From Octopus sinensis (taxonomy: Eukaryota): DNA of 64,000 nt. The notes under the pieces were generated by a model. That model did not search any database. It was not told where the DNA came from and worked only from the letters and a program-made list of their open reading frames with translations. Position 1 is the first letter of the stretch, and each line of letters starts with the position of its first letter. The translations under genes and the position numbers were made by a program. The stretch lies in contig NW_021832227.1 in NCBI RefSeq assembly GCF_006345805.1, forward strand, positions 248,001-312,000, in the 5' to 3' direction. Positions 59,502-64,000 of this stretch are shown piece by piece.

Positions 59502-61979
59502 ATGTTTAATACATTTTTGCTATCATTAGAATTATCTTTCTCGAATGGTAAAAATTTACGATGACGTATTTTATAGACCGAATTTGTTTGAATGATCGGT
59601 GTTATATACACTATTACAATAAACTACAATATGGAGATGCAGAAGAAGTTTGTAGACAATATGGTGGAAACCTAGCAGTAATTGACAATGCAGTTACAAA
59701 CAAACTTCTTGTCGGTTGAATTACATTTGTAAAAATGTTATAGATAATTTTTATCGGCCTTATAATAATTATATTTATATTGGTGTGGATAATAGAATAG
59801 AAAGCTATGGTTACCGTAATTCTCTCGGAAAAGAACAAGTTATTTATCATAAACATTAAACAAATTAGAAATTTTTTAGCTGGCACAGAGGACAACCAGA
59901 TAACAACAAAGGGCATGAACGCTGCGTTCACATGTACCATACAAATGGAGAATGGAATGACATACACTGCGGCACAAAAATGTCTTTTATTTGTGACTTT
60001 CCAAGTCTTTTCCATATATATATCTTTGTGAATAGAGAAAGACAAATGCTTTCATAAAAAATGCTATACATTGGTTACTGAGAAACAACTTGATTATTCA
60101 AAATCCAGAAAATATTGTGTTGATATTGGGGGTAAATTAGCCACAATAGATTCTGAAGAAATAAACGATTTTATAATAGGTAAATTTTTGAAAGATTTAA
60201 GGATAGATACAGTGCCTGACAAAAAAATTGGATTTGTAATAAATCGACTTTTTTTAAAAATAAATTATAATTTAATTTTCTTACATCATTCTTGGCAAAA
60301 TTAAATTATTTTTTTAATTTTTAAAATTATTTTGGCTTTTAGAATTTAATTTTAAAGCAGAATTTAAAATTTGCCGGACAAATAAAATTGGATTTTTTTT
60401 ATTTTAATGAAACAAATTAAAATTTAATAAGTTAAAATCCCTCCACGTGCTTCATAAGCTTCAAACTTCTTTTTTTCATTGACATAACTAAATTTTCTAG
60501 GTATTTTTTCGGTATTGACTCCCATATCACAACTAATTTTGTCTCCAAATCATGCAAGTTTTTCGGCGGTTTTTGCAATAATTTTCTCTTCATCATTGCC
60601 CAAACATGCTCAATTGGATTAAGGTCAGGTGATTGAGACGGCCAATAAGAATTTTATATTTCTATCGCATATAAATTCTTTAACTACTTGAGAACTGTGG
60701 CATGAAGCATTATCTTGTTGAAAAATACATGAGTTTAACCCCATTTTTAGAGCTGATTGCTCCAGATTATTAAACAAAATGTTTAAATAATAAGCACTGT
60801 TCATTTTTCCATTTATAATAACAAGATTACCGACGCCTTCATATGAGAAACATCCCCAAACCATTAACTTTCCTCCACCATACTCAACAGTAGGTACGAT
60901 ATTGGACTTTTCATAGGCAGTACCGTTTTTTTTGCTGTTATAGATCCTTATTTTGCTGTTATAGACCTCAAAACATGACTCATCGGAGAAGATGACTTTC
61001 TTCCATTCTTCGTCAGATATGGCTAAAAACTTTTTCGCAATTAACCATCTGGATTCGATGTTTTTTGATGTTAAAAGAGGTTTGTGTTTTGCAACTCAGG
61101 CATGTAATCCAAATGAATTTAGTATACGACCAATTGTTCCGGGAGATACGTCCACATTAAATTGAGTTTTTGTTATCTCAGAAAGAGGCACAGCAGAAAT
61201 TGAGGGTTCATCACTCGAGATTAATTGTATTGTGTTTTTTTGATCTGAAGAGAGTTTCGGTAAACGTCCAGATTAATTTTTCGCGTAGTGGTGCCTTCTT
61301 TGGAAAATTTTCTTGTCACAAATCCCACGGTCGATCTGGGAATTTTCAGTATTTTAGATATCTCTTCAATTGTTTTTCCTGAAGAGTAATATCCAATTAT
61401 TACTCCTTTTGTAAAATCAGATAAATGGATTTTTTATTTACGCTTCATTTATACGAAAAACCAATTTTTTTTGTCCAAATCCAATTTTTTTTGTCCGGCA
61501 AATTTTAAATCCTGCTTTAAAATTAAATTCTTAAAAGCCAAAAATAATTTTAAAAATTAAAAAATAATTCTAATTTTGCCAAAAATGGTGTAAGAAAATT
61601 AAATTATAATTTATTTTTAAAAAAAGTCGATTTATTACAAATCCAATTTTTTTTGTCAGGCACTGTACATACTATAATTCATTGATAAATTTAATATCAT
61701 GGAAGATTTTATTATAATTCTCACAATAATAAACAAGTAATTTTATTAATTTTGTTTAATAGAAATATTTCAACTTTGAATCTGCCAATTTCAATAATCA
61801 TCAGAATTGCGGGATTGTTTCTGAGAACGCGGGTAAATGGAAAATGATATCGTGTAAAGAAAGACTCCCTTTTCTTTGCGAAATGCCTGGTTTATAAATT
61901 TAAAAATTTTCTATTTAATTATCTAAAAAAATATTAATTACATATTTTAGCACCTGCTTTGGAATGCGATGCCTATTAA
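59502..61979 (+). CDS. C-type lectin with two CTLDs, interrupted by Tc1 (may be disabled)
   Basis: CTLD1: CY..AEEVCRQYGGNLAVI..YIGV..WHRGQPDNNKGHERCVHM..GEWNDIHC..FIC (QPD and WND motifs). CTLD2: CY..SRKYCVDIGGKLATI | Tc1 | NCGIV..GKWKMISC..PFLCE. Confidence 0.8.
60210..61665 (-). mobile_element. Full-length Tc1-like transposon with long (~200 bp) TIRs, defective transposase
   Basis: CAGTGCCTGACAAAAAAATTGGA.. and its reverse complement, flanked by a TA duplication. VIFSDES, LMVWGCFS, FQQDNASCH, WPSQSPDLNPIEHVW; several frameshifts and a small internal duplication. Confidence 0.95.
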
Positions 61980-62149
61980 TAATACTTAAAATAATTAACA
62001 AAAACTAAAAAAATAATTTATTTTTAATATTTTGAAAACTATTAAAAAACTAAAATTCTCATATTCCATCAGGTTATTATTGACTGTGATATTTTCAAAA
62101 AGTTATAGTGCATTAACTTGTTTATCTATAAAATAAACAAGTAAAATGA

Positions 62150-63560
62150 GCGAACCAGAAATGTTTTATAAAACATTAAATATTGAATTAATAATTAAAG
62201 AGCCGACGCTCAATACTATCTCAAAATCAATTTGAAAGATCTAATGAAACCTCGAAGAACTTACGTCTAATAACCTATATGCTAACTTTGTATAAACTTT
62301 CACCAAATTTGTTAATCCCAAACTTGCCGATTTCGTCTAGGCATTTGGTTTAATCTCAGATAATCAGTTTGGAACGAGGAAGCAATGTTAAGGAGCAAAG
62401 AGCAGGTCCTCAATGCTTAAATAAGGAGTGAGGTAATACCCTCTATTCCGCTTGGGTCCACACGAAAAAAGCATTTGACTCAGTTGATCATGAGTACTAT
62501 TTTTTTCGTGATATCAATAATTTTTATTTTTAATTTTCTATTTATATATTTTTGTTTAATAAAAGATAATTTTTTTCAAAGCGAATTAATACTTCTTTAG
62601 TTTCTTAAAAGTTGTAAAAAAACAGTCGACTATCTGTCTTATGAGTAATAAAAACAAGAAAATGGCACTTAGCCATAATCTCAGGATTTCTTGCCTCCAA
62701 ATATGCAGCTGTCTGCATGAAAAATTTAGACATTAAGTCACTCAAGGACGCTGGAGGAAACTCTTGCTTAATCGAATCAACTGTAAATCACCACAATCGG
62801 TTATGTTTAAATGTATGGAGGAATCAAATGTCGACATATTTAAATCTTTGCAATAGTTATCAAAAGGAAAACATGGTCCACCGAGCGAAATATTTTACTG
62901 TGTTTTGAAGATAGAAATTTATTTTTCGTATACACATATTTATTGCAAAAAAGCAATCAAACTGTTACCATCTAACCACGCGGTGTGGTAAGAACTGAAC
63001 AGTGACTATTTCAGAAAACAGAATGAGGTGATAAAGTATATGAATTTTAATTTGTGTCGAATGTATGAAATCAAAAGAAGCAGGAAATTGAAAGGACATT
63101 TGGTTGGCACGTCAATTATGACTGAAGGAAAGTCCAATTCAATAAACCTGCCATTTTTGTTTACAAAGAGAGGAAAAAAGGAAATAACTTTAAATAGAGG
63201 TGGGGATTACCTTACAAGACTGCTTAAAGCAATTCAAAGTTGAGAAATTTCACAAATACAACCTACTTGCAAACGAACTATCGGTTTTCTATGAAGCAAA
63301 AGTAAAGATTATTCCGGTAGTCTCAAAGTTCTTTAAAAGTCATATGGATAAGTTATCAATTGAAGAAGGAACAAGGACATACATCAGTCGCTTGTTTAAG
63401 AAGAACTCTGGAGAGTACGCTGGAATAAATATAAACGACGACGTGTACGCCTCAGTCGCCAATCTACTTGTCGCGAGGATACTCAGCTGAACAAAAATTT
63501 TGACACAAAAATGGAAAATGAAAAGAAGTTTGTGGCATGCTCTTCTTCTAAACAAAGAAG
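62150..63560 (+). mobile_element. R4/NeSL-like remnants, heavily deleted
   Basis: WVHTKKAFDSVDHEY (RT) and EVGIT..VEKFHKYNLLANEL..VKIIPVV (endonuclease). Confidence 0.7.
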
Positions 63561-64000
63561 GGAAATTACTGACTATTTGAACTCCTAATTAGACAATAGT
63601 TGAATATAATTAAGCGATTTGAATTGCATGATTTTTTACAAAATTTCCCAAATTTTCCCGATTTCCATTGAAAATTAGTTCAAAGCAATATTTAGCCCGT
63701 AGATGTCAAACTAGATCTAGAAATGTCTAGAGATTTCAAATAATACATCTGTTGTATTTTGTTTCATGTATATAAACAAAAAACTCGAAATTCCTCTAAA
63801 AAACTTCCAATTTAGTTTAAAACATATTTATTTATTATAAATATTATTTTACTCCAAATATTTTATAGCATGAAAACCCACAATCCGAGCTATTAAATAA
63901 ATATTCATTAAAGTAGAAAATTTTTCATGATGTATAAACCGATTTCTGTTGCTCAAAAAACTTTCTTTTATCTCTCTTCTCTTAACTACAAAATAAACCT

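Noticed and set aside
1-64000. Alternative genetic code explaining the many short ORFs
   Set aside because: In-frame stops fall inside GT-AG mini-introns, and spliced genes end at TAA, TAG and TGA as normal.

Overview
This is AT-rich animal nuclear DNA in the standard genetic code, not prokaryotic DNA. Host genes are broken by very short GT-AG introns (mostly 23-32 nt), so the six-frame ORF track fragments them. Host genes assembled by hand: a divergent dynein heavy chain-like gene, tropomyosin, SMCO4, an orphan Ig-superfamily membrane protein, DDOST/OST48, NAMPT, ATOSA/FAM214A, RIIAD1, AP-2, NOL11, a tetraspanin, eIF4G and a C-type lectin. Between them lies much transposon debris: many CRE-like and R4/NeSL-like non-LTR fragments, APE-type LINEs, Tc1, pogo, hAT, Merlin, Helitrons with ~95-bp tandem arrays, and a MITE with TTAGGG repeats. 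The spiralian-type tropomyosin motif (LKVVGNNLKSLEIS) plus tiny introns suggests a reduced spiralian such as a dicyemid or orthonectid; this is inference. The best candidate for an undescribed system is the tropomyosin gene (5594-7804, minus strand). It interleaves two complete sets of equal-length alternative exons. Its introns carry two crossing long-range RNA helices (22 bp and 14 of 15 bp), and a 9-nt element exactly complementary to one 5' splice site, which together look like an RNA switch coordinating several exon choices. Second is a Merlin transposase that carries four host-style 23-26 nt introns. All homology calls come from motif recognition, not database searches, and boundaries of degraded elements are approximate.
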